Virus record (IMG/VR): IMGVR_UViG_2778260992_000001
Origin: a virus
Lineage: Duplodnaviria > Heunggongvirae > Uroviricota > Caudoviricetes
Reading direction: 5' to 3' (one strand)
DNA: 64,000 bases
Within the stretch, counting starts at the first letter, position 1; each line of letters starts with the position of its first letter. Of the stretch, positions 9,919-19,420 are shown in pieces. A program made the position numbers and the translations under genes. Below the pieces are notes generated by a model. It had not been told where the DNA came from, did no database searches, and saw only the letters and a list, made by a program, of their open reading frames with translations.

Positions 9919-10767
9919 TCAATATTTAACAAATATTTCATTAAGCCTAGGGTTAACTTGGTCGTATTTATCTATGTCGTCTTTTAAAACTGAATGACAT
10001 TTGACACCAATTTCAAATGCTATCAATATCGAATTTATATATTGATTATAGCATTCAATCAAAGATTTAATATCAGATGATAGTTGTATCAACCGTGGAT
10101 TGACTCTAAGAGCACTAATAACCTTATCATACTTGTTAAGCAACCCATTCAATTCATTAGCAAAATTATATGGATAACCATTTTGGTATGTATTTTCATC
10201 ATCAGCAGGACCTAAATAATCACCAATGCACTTAAGTTTATTCTTAATGAATACAGCATCTTCAGTGGCATCTATATCATTTTTCGTTAAGAAAAGTTCT
10301 ATCCACTTGTTCTTGTCCGACTCTTTCAAAAGGTTATTTTCTTTATCAAAAGTAATACAATAGCTATCACTTTTTTTCTCGTTGGAAATACTAATCATTT
10401 CCGCCAACTCGTCTTTACCTAAATGTTTCCAAAATATTACAGGGAGACCGTTGTCGTTTAGAAAAACGCGAACAATGACAATCGGATCATTAATACTTTG
10501 CCAATAAATTAAATTTTTAATAGGTACAGAAACTCTTAGTGAATCATCGATTTTTTTACTTGTTGTTTTAACTTGAACTCCAATAAACATACCTGTTGAA
10601 TGACAGTTGTCATCATAAATCTCAACCTGAGCATCCAACCCCATGTCAATATCAAGAATTCGGCAAGGCCATACAAATTTATTTGAAATCCAATATGCGA
10701 AATAAAACTCACCAGCATTTCCGTTAGCAACTCTTTCGATATATCTCATGCCCTGATCGTTTGCCAC
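9919..10767 (-). CDS. hypothetical protein, putative PD-(D/E)xK-type nuclease (DUF4365-like N-terminus)
   Basis: 282 aa; markedly AT-rich and on the opposite strand to all neighbours; N-terminal GNAGEF ... DIDMGLD ... QVEI ... VQVK pattern recalls DUF4365 from memory. Confidence 0.4.
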   Translation of the reverse strand: MANDQGMRYIERVANGNAGEFYFAYWISNKFVWPCRILDIDMGLDAQVEIYDDNCHSTGMFIGVQVKTTSKKIDDSLRVSVPIKNLIYWQSINDPIVIVRVFLNDNGLPVIFWKHLGKDELAEMISISNEKKSDSYCITFDKENNLLKESDKNKWIELFLTKNDIDATEDAVFIKNKLKCIGDYLGPADDENTYQNGYPYNFANELNGLLNKYDKVISALRVNPRLIQLSSDIKSLIECYNQYINSILIAFEIGVKCHSVLKDDIDKYDQVNPRLNEIFVKY

Positions 10768-10921
10768 TTCCGTATCCCTTGTTAAGTTATCACTGGAGCA
10801 CTTTAGAGAACACTTTGATAATTAACAAGTTGCAGCCTAGTGGATAGACAAAGGCTATTGTTTGATGTAACACCAGATAGTCATATAATTGATATATAGA
10901 AATAAGTAACAGGATACATTT

Positions 10922-11353
10922 ATGAACGCCGATATTTACGAGAAAATAATGTCTGATCTCGAGTTTGACCGAGACAATCTGGAAGACGTCTGGCGTAGAC
11001 AACCTCGCCTGTTGATGGAGTATGGTTCAAAGCTCGCCCATGCAGAAAGAAGTGTCGCAGAGGCAAAACTTAACCTTGAAGCTGTTGAAGCAAAGCTATA
11101 CGACACAGAGCGTAAGAACTTGAGTATGAACGGCATTAAGTTCAACGAATCTGTACTAGACGCTAAGGTTAAAACAAACCCACAGTATCTATCTAAACGG
11201 CAGAAGTTGGATGAAGCACGGCACATCGCAGACATATACAAACATGCTGTCGCCGCCTTTTCGCATCGCCGAGACATGATCGTTCAGGCGTCGAAGATGG
11301 CCATTGTTGAATTAGAGCGATTAGGCTCTGAACGCTTTATCACTCCCCGTTGA
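10922..11353 (+). CDS. hypothetical protein (possibly UvsY-like recombination mediator)
   Basis: 143 aa, helical; size and position next to SSB/recombinase genes; weak resemblance only. Confidence 0.3.
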   Translation: MNADIYEKIMSDLEFDRDNLEDVWRRQPRLLMEYGSKLAHAERSVAEAKLNLEAVEAKLYDTERKNLSMNGIKFNESVLDAKVKTNPQYLSKRQKLDEARHIADIYKHAVAAFSHRRDMIVQASKMAIVELERLGSERFITPR

Positions 11354-11357
11354 TTTT

Positions 11358-11388
11358 TGATAGATAATAAGTAAGTGCTGATCTATCA
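11358..11388. promoter_or_regulatory. class-2 palindrome TGATAGATAATAAGTAAGTGCTGATCTATCA
   Basis: Inverted repeat TGATAGAT/ATCTATCA around a TAAGTAAGTG core, upstream of the SSB gene. Confidence 0.45.
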
Positions 11389-11470
11389 TTTAGCAGCTCG
11401 AAAGAGTCACGAATGAACGAAAGCCCAACGCGCATAGCGCCATCGGCCAAATCACAACAAGGAGAAACAC

Positions 11471-12499
11471 ATGTCTAAGACATTACTTGATTTGCTTAAC
11501 AAAACTCGTGAAGACATTGCCGCCAAACGTGGTAACAACGTTGATCTGACTCGCTTAAAAGACGGCGTCAACTATATCCGCATCTTCCCGAATAAAGACG
11601 ACCCAAACGGTAAGTTCTTCCAGACTTTCGGTATGCACTACGTTAAGTATCAGAACGAGGAAGGTAAAGAAGCAACCAACGCTTATATTTGTGAGCAACA
11701 TACTCACGGTCGCGCTTGTCAGCTATGCGAAATGGTGATGGAAGGTCGCGCTCGTCACAAGGGTAACAAAGCAATGGAAGAACGCATCGGTCAAATGCGT
11801 GCCACTCCTCGCTACCTGGTCAACGGCATTCTTTCTGCTCGTGAGGATTTCGCAGATGCTGAGAAATGCCAGTTAATCGAGCTGCCGTCTACTGTATTCG
11901 ATGATATCTGCAAAGCAATCACCGAAGACATCGCTGATGATATCGGCAATCCACTGAGCAAAGAGGAAGGCTACGCATTCCTGATTAAACGTACTGGCTC
12001 TGGTCGCGATACCAAATATGACGTCTCGCCTAAGCGTAAAGTCTACAAAGGCGATATCGAAGATAAATTCTGGAACACCCAGCATGATCTGATCGCATAC
12101 GCAAATCAGGCTGATGAAACTCGTCTTCTGTCGACAGTTCGCACTATGGGTCGTCTGATTGGCATCGCTGCACCAACTGCCGCAGCATCTGCACCAGCAA
12201 TTTCCTCAACCGCGAAAACATCGGCTGCGGCACTACCTGGATTTGGCTCTGTCACTGGTCATACAGAAGGAGCGACGGCTGTAGCTACCGCTCATACCCC
12301 AGCTTCTGAACCAACCAGTCTGGTTGATGAAGAAATCCTCCGTGCCGTTGAAACTGAATTTAAACCAGAAGCAAGTTCCGCTGCCGTTGCCGTATCAGTC
12401 AAAGAGTCTGAAGCAGTCGCAGCGACATCTGTATCAGCCGCATCTGCGACGGAAGATGAAGGTCTGGATGATCTACTGAGAGAGCTCGACTCTCTGTAA
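11471..12499 (+). CDS. single-stranded DNA-binding protein, T4 gp32-like
   Basis: IRIFPNKDDPNGKF resembles gp32 IRFLPSKNDEQAPF; His/Cys zinc ligands (HTHGRACQLC); acidic C-terminal tail DDLLRELDSL. Confidence 0.7.
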   Translation: MSKTLLDLLNKTREDIAAKRGNNVDLTRLKDGVNYIRIFPNKDDPNGKFFQTFGMHYVKYQNEEGKEATNAYICEQHTHGRACQLCEMVMEGRARHKGNKAMEERIGQMRATPRYLVNGILSAREDFADAEKCQLIELPSTVFDDICKAITEDIADDIGNPLSKEEGYAFLIKRTGSGRDTKYDVSPKRKVYKGDIEDKFWNTQHDLIAYANQADETRLLSTVRTMGRLIGIAAPTAAASAPAISSTAKTSAAALPGFGSVTGHTEGATAVATAHTPASEPTSLVDEEILRAVETEFKPEASSAAVAVSVKESEAVAATSVSAASATEDEGLDDLLRELDSL

Positions 12500-12515
12500 T
12501 CCCATTACGTGACCA

Positions 12516-12544
12516 GTAAGGCGTCTACGGACGCCTTACTTTTT
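12516..12544 (+). terminator. rho-independent terminator after SSB gene
   Basis: GTAAGGCGTC-tac-GGACGCCTTAC followed by TTTTT. Confidence 0.65.
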
Positions 12545-12559
12545 GGAAGGAATGTACCG

Positions 12560-13504
12560 GTGAATTATCTCTTCGTAGATGGCAATAGCCTGGGTTATTA
12601 CCACCAACAATCTGACAAATTGCACAACGGCGAAATGGAAGTACAGGCTGCTTTCGGCTTTGTTAAGAACGTCCGTCGTTATGCCTCCATCCTCCATGCC
12701 AGACCTATGATTCTTTGGGATGGATTTAGTGACAAGCGTCGCGACTTTTACCCGGACTACAAAGCAAATCGCGACGACGATCCTGATATGAAAAAGATGA
12801 AGGAAGGCTTTGCTATCCAGAAGCCATACATCCTCAAAATGATGACCGCGCTTGGAGTTACCCAACTCATTGCAAAAGATGCAGAAGCGGATGATCTGGC
12901 CGGGCTGCTGGTATCCCGCATGGCACCGCAGCCAACCGTTGAACACATCTATCTGTTAACAGGCGATAGCGACTGGCTTCAGTTAGTTCGTGAAAACGTA
13001 AGCTGGGTAAGCCTGCGTGAAGACGCCAAAAACAAGCAGGTTAATTTTGAGCAATTTGCGGAGCTGACAGGATTCGCCACGCCTCGCGCATTTTTGGAAG
13101 CAAAAGCATTACAAGGCGATAACTCGGACAACATTAGCGGTGTTGGTGGCATTGGTGCTGGCGGTGCGAAAGAGCTGCTGCATGAATGGGGAAGTGTCGC
13201 AACGATGGTACGCGGCATCAACGACGGCTCAATCGTGGTTAATAAAGGGCGTCATAAGACCGCCTTCAACAAACTAGCGAAGAATGCCTTCAACGAGAAA
13301 ACAGGCTGTCGAATGCTCGAAGCGTTCAAGAGAAACATCACGCTAATGAACCTGATTGAGACGAAGTTTCCGCCTACCGAAATCGAAACAATCAAAGGCA
13401 ATCGTGACGTGAAAGCATTCGAGCAACTGTGCTACGAGCTGAATTTCCGTTCGTTCCTTGAAGACCTTGAAGTGTTTGTTCTTCCATTCGAAAGGTATTG
13501 CTAA
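12560..13504 (+). CDS. 5'-3' exonuclease / flap endonuclease (FEN, RNase H-like)
   Basis: YLFVDGNSLGYY and GDNSDNISGVGGIG motifs of Pol I-type 5' nuclease; start placed at GTG after the terminator with GGAAGG RBS (track ORF begins at 12509). Confidence 0.8.
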   Translation: MNYLFVDGNSLGYYHQQSDKLHNGEMEVQAAFGFVKNVRRYASILHARPMILWDGFSDKRRDFYPDYKANRDDDPDMKKMKEGFAIQKPYILKMMTALGVTQLIAKDAEADDLAGLLVSRMAPQPTVEHIYLLTGDSDWLQLVRENVSWVSLREDAKNKQVNFEQFAELTGFATPRAFLEAKALQGDNSDNISGVGGIGAGGAKELLHEWGSVATMVRGINDGSIVVNKGRHKTAFNKLAKNAFNEKTGCRMLEAFKRNITLMNLIETKFPPTEIETIKGNRDVKAFEQLCYELNFRSFLEDLEVFVLPFERYC

Positions 13505-13770
13505 TGCTTAAATCGCTTATTAATGGCGCTACAACCACCCCTGCCCAACTGGCAAAAGAGATTGTCTTTTATCACGGTGAGTACGCTGTCATCGCACTGC
13601 CGTCAATTCTAGGCGCTGCCGGAATGAAAGCGACAGATCGCGAGTTTGGATTAGTCAGCGAGCAGGTCGTAAAAATCCTCGCTCGTGTATCCAGACTTCT
13701 TAACCACGATGCGATTGTATTCGATGAATCCGCCGCTTTAAAACGAATCAACGAAACAAAAGGAGCCTGA
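13498..13770 (+). CDS. hypothetical protein
   Basis: 90-aa ORF between FEN and recombinase genes; no motif. Confidence 0.4.
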   Translation: MLMLKSLINGATTTPAQLAKEIVFYHGEYAVIALPSILGAAGMKATDREFGLVSEQVVKILARVSRLLNHDAIVFDESAALKRINETKGA

Positions 13771-13772
13771 TC

Positions 13773-14846
13773 ATGGCAAAAGGAAAATCCGCACTGGCAC
13801 TTGCTCTGAAAAAGAAAATCGGTAGCAACGACGAAATTCAGAAAGTAACTCATTGGATTGATACAGGCTTTCCACCGTTAAACAAAGCTATTTCTGGTCG
13901 TTACGATGGCGGCTTCCCATGTGGTCGTATCGTCGAAGTATTCGGTCCTCCAAGTGCAGGGAAAACGTTCCTTGCAACAGCAGCGATGATCTCCGCTCAA
14001 AAACAAGATGGTCTGGCGGTATTCCTCGATCATGAAAACAGTTTTGACGTTGGCCTGGCTGTAGCCAATGGCCTGAACGCAGATGAGGATGACGGTCAGT
14101 GGGTATACAAGCAGCCAGATACCTTCGAAGACTCTGTAGAGTTGATCGGCACAATACTTAAATTGGTTCGTGATGAAGAGCTTATCCCCGAATCAGCACC
14201 TATCTGTATCGTGGCTGACTCTCTTGCGTCTATGGTTCCGAACTCCAAAGCCGAGAAGTTCGAAAAGATGGCTGAAGGCACTGCCAAAGACAAAGATCAG
14301 CTAAACATGAACGACAATACGGCACTGGCTCGTGCGACGAGTGCGAACTTCCCTACTCTGGCTTTGTGGGCACGCAAATACAACGCCTGCATCATCTTCT
14401 TGAATCAGGTTCGCACAAAAATCGGTGTAATGTTTGGCGACCCTACTACGTCGCCAGGTGGAGATTCACCGAAGTTCTACGCTTCTGTACGTATCCGTCT
14501 TGGTGCATCGGTGATGAAGGATGGTAAAGAGAAGATCGGCCAGGACGTAGGCGCAGAATGCATCAAAAACAAAGTTGCACCACCGTATGGCAAATGCACC
14601 TGGAAATTCTACTTCGATCCTACTCGTGGCCTCGACGTTATCGAATCGCTCGTCGAGTACATGCTGGAAGAAGGATACCTGCCAAAGAACGCCAGCGGGC
14701 GAGTTGAAATTGGTGACAAGAAATACACCAAATCGCAGATCGTCGAGATGTATCGGGAGAAGCCACTGGCTGAAATCATTGCGGCTTTGCAGGCAATCGA
14801 CGACCGAAGAGCAAAAGACAACCCCACCGAGTCAGTAGAAGAGTAA
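13773..14846 (+). CDS. RecA/UvsX-family recombinase
   Basis: Walker A GPPSAGKT in RIVEVFGPPSAGKTFLA; RecA-like length and core. Confidence 0.75.
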   Translation: MAKGKSALALALKKKIGSNDEIQKVTHWIDTGFPPLNKAISGRYDGGFPCGRIVEVFGPPSAGKTFLATAAMISAQKQDGLAVFLDHENSFDVGLAVANGLNADEDDGQWVYKQPDTFEDSVELIGTILKLVRDEELIPESAPICIVADSLASMVPNSKAEKFEKMAEGTAKDKDQLNMNDNTALARATSANFPTLALWARKYNACIIFLNQVRTKIGVMFGDPTTSPGGDSPKFYASVRIRLGASVMKDGKEKIGQDVGAECIKNKVAPPYGKCTWKFYFDPTRGLDVIESLVEYMLEEGYLPKNASGRVEIGDKKYTKSQIVEMYREKPLAEIIAALQAIDDRRAKDNPTESVEE

Positions 14847-14851
14847 ACACA

Positions 14852-14876
14852 AGGCGTCCACAGGACGCCTTTTTTA
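14852..14876 (+). terminator. rho-independent terminator after recombinase gene
   Basis: AGGCGTCC-aca-GGACGCCT followed by TTTTT. Confidence 0.7.
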
Positions 14877-14890
14877 TCTCTTGAAAACAT

Positions 14891-14906
14891 ATAAGTACTT
14901 ACTTAT
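14891..14906. promoter_or_regulatory. class-2 palindrome ATAAGTACTTACTTAT
   Basis: Between terminator and next start codon. Confidence 0.45.
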
Positions 14907-14938
14907 TATTTTCGCATAACAACCACATTGGAAAACAC

Positions 14939-15139
14939 ATGATCAAAATCTATCTATTGGCAGTAGCCACAGGCCTTTCAGTGGCTCTCATCTACGGTTT
15001 ACTGGTTCCGTCGCTGATTTCTACCAAGAGTGATTTAGCCGTCATGTTTGGAGTTATCGTTGGTTTTGGTGCTCCTGTAATCGGTCTTATTGCTGGTCGT
15101 AAGTTTATCAACTCATTAATCAAAGCAAAGGGGAAATAA
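14939..15139 (+). CDS. small hydrophobic membrane protein (possible partner of SPFH protein)
   Basis: 66 aa, two hydrophobic helices; immediately upstream of SPFH gene. Confidence 0.5.
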   Translation: MIKIYLLAVATGLSVALIYGLLVPSLISTKSDLAVMFGVIVGFGAPVIGLIAGRKFINSLIKAKGK

Positions 15140-15142
15140 GTA

Positions 15143-15973
15143 ATGAAGAAAGGTTTACTTGCAGTTGCTCTGGCGGCTATTTGCACAATGGGTCTTACTG
15201 GCTGCGATCGCGTGGAGCCTGGATACGTTGGCATCAAAGTAAACAAATTAGGTGAAGACAAAGGGATTGGTGAAGTGGTTGGCGTTGGTCGCCAATGGAC
15301 AGGTCTTAACACCGAACTTTACGTATTCCCGACCTTCAAACAAATGAAGACCTACGACGAGCCGTTCACATTCCAGATGAGTGACGGTACTGCTATTGGT
15401 CACAAAATTGGCGTTGCGTATCTGGTTAATCGTGACAAGGTAACGACGGTGTTCCAGACCTATCGCAAAGGCGTAGACGATATCACCGAATCAGATCTGC
15501 GTCAGAAAATTGCCGACTCTCTAAACCGTTTGGCCAGCCGTATGACCACTGACTCATTTATCGACGGTGGTAAGGCACAATTGCTGGACAACGCACTGAA
15601 AGATATTCAGAAAGAGATGTCTCCGGTTGGTATTGAGGTACTGAGCCTGTCATGGGTTGGAAAGCCTGATTACCCAAAAACTGTCATTGAATCTATTAAC
15701 GCCAAAGTAACGGCTAACCAGCGTACTCTGCAACGTCAGCAGGAAGTTGAACAACGTAAAGCTGAGGCGAATATGCTACGTGAACAGGCTAATGGTGAAG
15801 CTGATGCTATCCGTGCTCGTGCGCAAGCAGAAGCAGACGCCATTCGTCTGCGCGGTGAAGCTCTGCGTCAAAACCCGAACGTTATGGAACTGGAAGCCAT
15901 CAATAAATGGAATGGCCAGTTACCGCAGTACATGACTCAAGGGGCTAACACTCCTTTCATTACAGTGAAATAA
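15143..15973 (+). CDS. SPFH/band-7 (prohibitin/HflC-like) domain lipoprotein
   Basis: Signal peptide with lipobox LTGC; band-7-like core and C-terminal coiled coil rich in A/E/R/Q. Confidence 0.6.
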   Translation: MKKGLLAVALAAICTMGLTGCDRVEPGYVGIKVNKLGEDKGIGEVVGVGRQWTGLNTELYVFPTFKQMKTYDEPFTFQMSDGTAIGHKIGVAYLVNRDKVTTVFQTYRKGVDDITESDLRQKIADSLNRLASRMTTDSFIDGGKAQLLDNALKDIQKEMSPVGIEVLSLSWVGKPDYPKTVIESINAKVTANQRTLQRQQEVEQRKAEANMLREQANGEADAIRARAQAEADAIRLRGEALRQNPNVMELEAINKWNGQLPQYMTQGANTPFITVK

Positions 15974-15989
15974 CTCCCCTAAAAAGTTC

Positions 15990-16015
15990 AGGCGTCCAGT
16001 TGGACGCCTTTTTTA
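15990..16015 (+). terminator. rho-independent terminator after SPFH gene
   Basis: AGGCGTCCA-gt-TGGACGCCT followed by TTTTTT. Confidence 0.7.
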
Positions 16016-16033
16016 TCGCAATTATCTTATTAA

Positions 16034-16048
16034 GAAAACAATTTGTTT
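16034..16048. promoter_or_regulatory. class-1 palindromic element GAAAACAATTTGTTT
   Basis: AAAACAA-N-TTGTTT inverted repeat about 20 bp upstream of start codon. Confidence 0.5.
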
Positions 16049-16064
16049 AAAAGGATAAGAAAAC

Positions 16065-16490
16065 ATGACAGCTATTAAGAAACTCTACGATGCCGCAAAC
16101 GTGGCTCTGGATGTTATTGATGATGAAGTAGCAAAAGGCTTTCCTGAACCTGATTGGGCGCATCAGCTACGAAACGCTATCGCAGAAATGACCCCACCAG
16201 ATCCACCCCCCGACGAGACAGACTGGCAGCGATTCATCCGTATGTACGCTCAGGAAATAGGTCCAACGCCAACGGCAGAGCAGGCAATGCTGCTGAAATA
16301 CTTCAAAGAGGCGGGAGAGGATTTACCAATTGATGACTCAGCATATTGGTTCCACTGCGCATGGCGTAAGTATGACGTGATATTCACACAAGGCATGGGA
16401 AGCAAAGATATGGTTGTGTGGCATCTACTCCATATAGACACAGCCGTTGACAGAGTTATTGAACAGTTTTTCCCTAAACAAGAAGATTGA
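16065..16490 (+). CDS. hypothetical protein
   Basis: 141-aa ORF with class-1 element upstream. Confidence 0.5.
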   Translation: MTAIKKLYDAANVALDVIDDEVAKGFPEPDWAHQLRNAIAEMTPPDPPPDETDWQRFIRMYAQEIGPTPTAEQAMLLKYFKEAGEDLPIDDSAYWFHCAWRKYDVIFTQGMGSKDMVVWHLLHIDTAVDRVIEQFFPKQED

Positions 16491-16545
16491 TCGCCTATTC
16501 ATAACTAACAAAATAAGTAAACACTAACCACAAAAGGAAAAACAC

Positions 16546-16821
16546 ATGAGAGTTTTAGTTCGAATCGTTACCAGCACTGTCTATGACGTGTTTCCGCTTT
16601 TTATGGTCAAAGCCGATGGCCTTAACGACGAAGAAACTGACGCGCTGATCCAGCGCATTCTCGTTGAATATACAGGTCATGACGCTGATTCAGTGATGGT
16701 TGATGATGATGGTGTTTGTTGGCATAACGGCAACTGTTGGTACGTAGAAGAGACTCAACAAATCAGTGATGAAGATGCCGCACATCTTGAGCGTATTTTA
16801 AGCATCAGCACTTTTGAGTGA
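16546..16821 (+). CDS. hypothetical acidic protein
   Basis: 91 aa, Asp/Glu-rich; conserved AAAGGAAAAACACATG initiation context. Confidence 0.5.
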   Translation: MRVLVRIVTSTVYDVFPLFMVKADGLNDEETDALIQRILVEYTGHDADSVMVDDDGVCWHNGNCWYVEETQQISDEDAAHLERILSISTFE

Positions 16822-17036
16822 GTTTACAGTAAAATTTATATAAGTTAGTATCTACCTATCATGAAGATTTTTATTGAATACTTGTTACTCATCGTGTCAA
16901 TAGCTTTTGTCATCGACTGCATTTTCACTGGTGTCATTCGTAAAGTCTTTTCCCCGGTGAACGAAGTAGTCATAAACGCTTTGGCTATCGTGCTCGTATT
17001 TAATTCAGCATTTGATGTAATCAAAGAGGTGGCAGC

Positions 17037-17372
17037 ATGAAGGCCATCCCATTCGCTCTGTTGTTCCTTTCTTCGATCGTTGTGGCCGACACCACTGTTT
17101 ATCAGTGTGAAATGTCTGTAGCCGACATTAAGAATGGCGCTTTTACCGACGTCATAAAAGCACCATATGGCGCGATGGTCGTAGACAGCGGCGACCAGTT
17201 CTATGTAGTGCGTGACGATCGAGTATTGTCATCCCCATATCTCACAAACCGTAATGGCAAATTAACCGGCGTAGGAGAAGACCACTTCGTATACAACAAA
17301 TACAAGGGCTTCTATGGCGTTCACGCTTCTCAGCAAAGCTACCTTTTCGATGACTGCAAGGAGGTTGGATAA
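17037..17372 (+). CDS. hypothetical secreted protein
   Basis: N-terminal signal peptide MKAIPFALLFLSSIVVA. Confidence 0.5.
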   Translation: MKAIPFALLFLSSIVVADTTVYQCEMSVADIKNGAFTDVIKAPYGAMVVDSGDQFYVVRDDRVLSSPYLTNRNGKLTGVGEDHFVYNKYKGFYGVHASQQSYLFDDCKEVG

Positions 17373-17584
17373 TGGCATTAACACTGGCAGGTCTGGAAAT
17401 CGAGAAAACAAGCGGCTACTGGCGTGCTAAGGGTTTCAAGCAGCCTGGCATTCTTGAGCGTCTGGAACGTGAAGATGGGTATATCGTCCACCAGCGGCGT
17501 GAATGGCGTATGTACGATCCAGAAACAGGAAAACTGACTACAAAAGCCGGAACACTTTGGGGTCTGTTAAAGAAAATACACTAA
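17372..17584 (+). CDS. hypothetical protein
   Basis: 70-aa ORF overlapping the previous stop. Confidence 0.4.
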   Translation: MALTLAGLEIEKTSGYWRAKGFKQPGILERLEREDGYIVHQRREWRMYDPETGKLTTKAGTLWGLLKKIH

Positions 17585-17593
17585 ATGCAAACT

Positions 17594-17615
17594 GACTGCG
17601 GCACGTGCCGCAGTC
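17594..17615. terminator. palindromic stem-loop GACTGCGGCACGTGCCGCAGTC
   Basis: Perfect palindrome right after the stop codon, before the iteron array. Confidence 0.5.
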
Positions 17616-17631
17616 ATATTTCATAGTCGTC

Positions 17632-18164
17632 ACCGCTGACAGCATACACAATCAATTACCGCTGATAGCATATCGAGAGTTTATCTCACCGCTCACAGCA
17701 TACTTTACTCGATTTTTTACCGCTGACAGCATACTTAAGACATTGCATGAATAATGTGTACCGGTATGGGTATAACCAGAACAAAATTACCGCTGGCAGC
17801 ATACGAAGGTCTGACATATACCATTAATTACCGCTGATAGCATATCCAAACAAAAATTCCTCAATAAAACACCGCTGACAGCATACGTTCTATCAGGGAG
17901 CAGCAGGCAATAAATGCCTTTCACTACAAGCAATCAGCGCAACGGCAATAGAATGTTAGTGAGCGCAAACCTATATGGAATGCACTCTTCGAGGTTAGTA
18001 ACCACTGGGGAGGTATGCCAGAGCATTGAGTGGTGATAGATGATTTACCGCTCACAGCATACGTTTATCTCACTATACCGCTGGTAGCATATCTTTAACC
18101 GTTCACAGCATACTTTTCAGAAAAATAGCCGCTGATAGCATACATTTCACCGCTGACAGCATAT
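17632..18164. repeat. incA-like iteron array (12 copies of ACCGCTGACAGCATAC and variants)
   Basis: 16-bp direct repeats at irregular 25-45 bp spacing downstream of repA, as in P1 incA. Confidence 0.8.
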
Positions 18165-19258
18165 CAAAGCAGTTTGAGACTATTGGAAAGGATCTCAATC
18201 ATCTTGATATTTTCAGGCGTCAAATTCTGCGAAAGTTCGGTTATCTTGTTGATAATGTTCTGTTTGGCATCAATTTCCCCAGCTTTCTCATCTGGTTTTT
18301 TGGGTTCGATGTCTTCAGGTTTTGGCGGTGCGACTTTGAGTTTTGGATTGCGGCTGTGAATCTGGATATAGATCGACCGCCCACGCTTAATCTCGCTGTA
18401 TTCGAGATAGCCCAAATCTTGGAGAGCTTTTAATCCGTTACGTATAGTCTGATTCTGCGAGCTGACATTCCTGCTACTCAAATTGAGTCGCGCACGCAAT
18501 CGAGCAAGCGATACCGGCGCAGGCTTGGTTGGAAGACTTTCGATGAAGGTGTACAGAGCCTGTGCTGTTTCTTTGCGTGGTAGCTTATTGATAACCTTTA
18601 ACTGCAAAAGAACCTTATGGTCAAAGCGATATAGTTCGGCCAGCTTCGGTTCTGCATAGAACACCACCGTATCTTTCTGCTCGTTGTAGTCCACGCTATT
18701 GATGAGGTGCACCATCAGAAGCGAGATCTTGTTAGAGCCGTCGACGTTCTTTTCTTCATACGTTCTCTGGAAAGACAGAGTTGTACGCATGATCTTCAAA
18801 AGACTGTTTGTAAGCCGGTCGCGGAGTGTTTTGCGGATCTGTGACGATGGATAGCCACAAAACTTCGCAAATTTCGTGATGCTTAACTCGACACGACCAT
18901 TAGGTTCGCCGTATTCTGCCAGCGAACGCACAACGCCCACCCACGTTTTGAAATCATGATCCATGTCCAGGCGAGGACCGGTTATCTTGATATCGGAATA
19001 GCCTTCAGAACGGGCTACTTCGAGCTGGACAAGCTCCTTTGAAGCATCGATCTCATTTGGCTTGTTACGTTTACTGTATTTTGTTCCCTTAAGCGTGGGG
19101 ACGAACAACCCCAGTCGCATCAACGCAATTGGTTGGACTGTATTGTTGCTATTAGGGACAAGTTCCCCTGTGTACAATTCAAGGGAACCTTCTTCAAAGT
19201 TGTCGATGTTATCTTCTACTTCTTTGTTATTTTTACCTTTTTTATTTTTTGTGGACAT
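18164..19258 (-). CDS. repA: plasmid replication initiator RepA (P1 RepA-like)
   Basis: Blocks NSNNTVQPIALMRLGLFVP, EGYSDIKITGPRLDMDHDFKTW, AQALYTFIESLP and IQIHSRNPKLK closely match P1 RepA as remembered; start set at MSTKNK because the upstream track extension runs over the iterons. Confidence 0.85.
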   Translation of the reverse strand: MSTKNKKGKNNKEVEDNIDNFEEGSLELYTGELVPNSNNTVQPIALMRLGLFVPTLKGTKYSKRNKPNEIDASKELVQLEVARSEGYSDIKITGPRLDMDHDFKTWVGVVRSLAEYGEPNGRVELSITKFAKFCGYPSSQIRKTLRDRLTNSLLKIMRTTLSFQRTYEEKNVDGSNKISLLMVHLINSVDYNEQKDTVVFYAEPKLAELYRFDHKVLLQLKVINKLPRKETAQALYTFIESLPTKPAPVSLARLRARLNLSSRNVSSQNQTIRNGLKALQDLGYLEYSEIKRGRSIYIQIHSRNPKLKVAPPKPEDIEPKKPDEKAGEIDAKQNIINKITELSQNLTPENIKMIEILSNSLKLL

Positions 19259-19278
19259 GTGGACACCTTTGTCATTCA

Positions 19279-19380
19279 ACCGCTGACAGCATACTTGATT
19301 TGCCGCTGACAGAATACCAAAAACAGTTGGCAGCATACGGTGAACCGCTGACAGACTATCAATTACCGCTGACAGCATAC
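19279..19380. repeat. origin iterons (about 5 copies of ACCGCTGACAGCATAC family) upstream of repA
   Basis: Same repeat as the downstream array, between repA start and the GATC cluster. Confidence 0.8.
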
Positions 19381-19420
19381 ATGAACATGGCTTCAGACCA
19401 GTCGTGGCGCGGCTTACAGC

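Noticed and set aside
17632-18164. Regularly repeated 16-bp units that could be mistaken for a CRISPR array
   Set aside because: Repeats are short and imperfect with irregular 9-30 bp intervening segments, no cas genes nearby, and they flank a RepA gene exactly as P1 iterons do.
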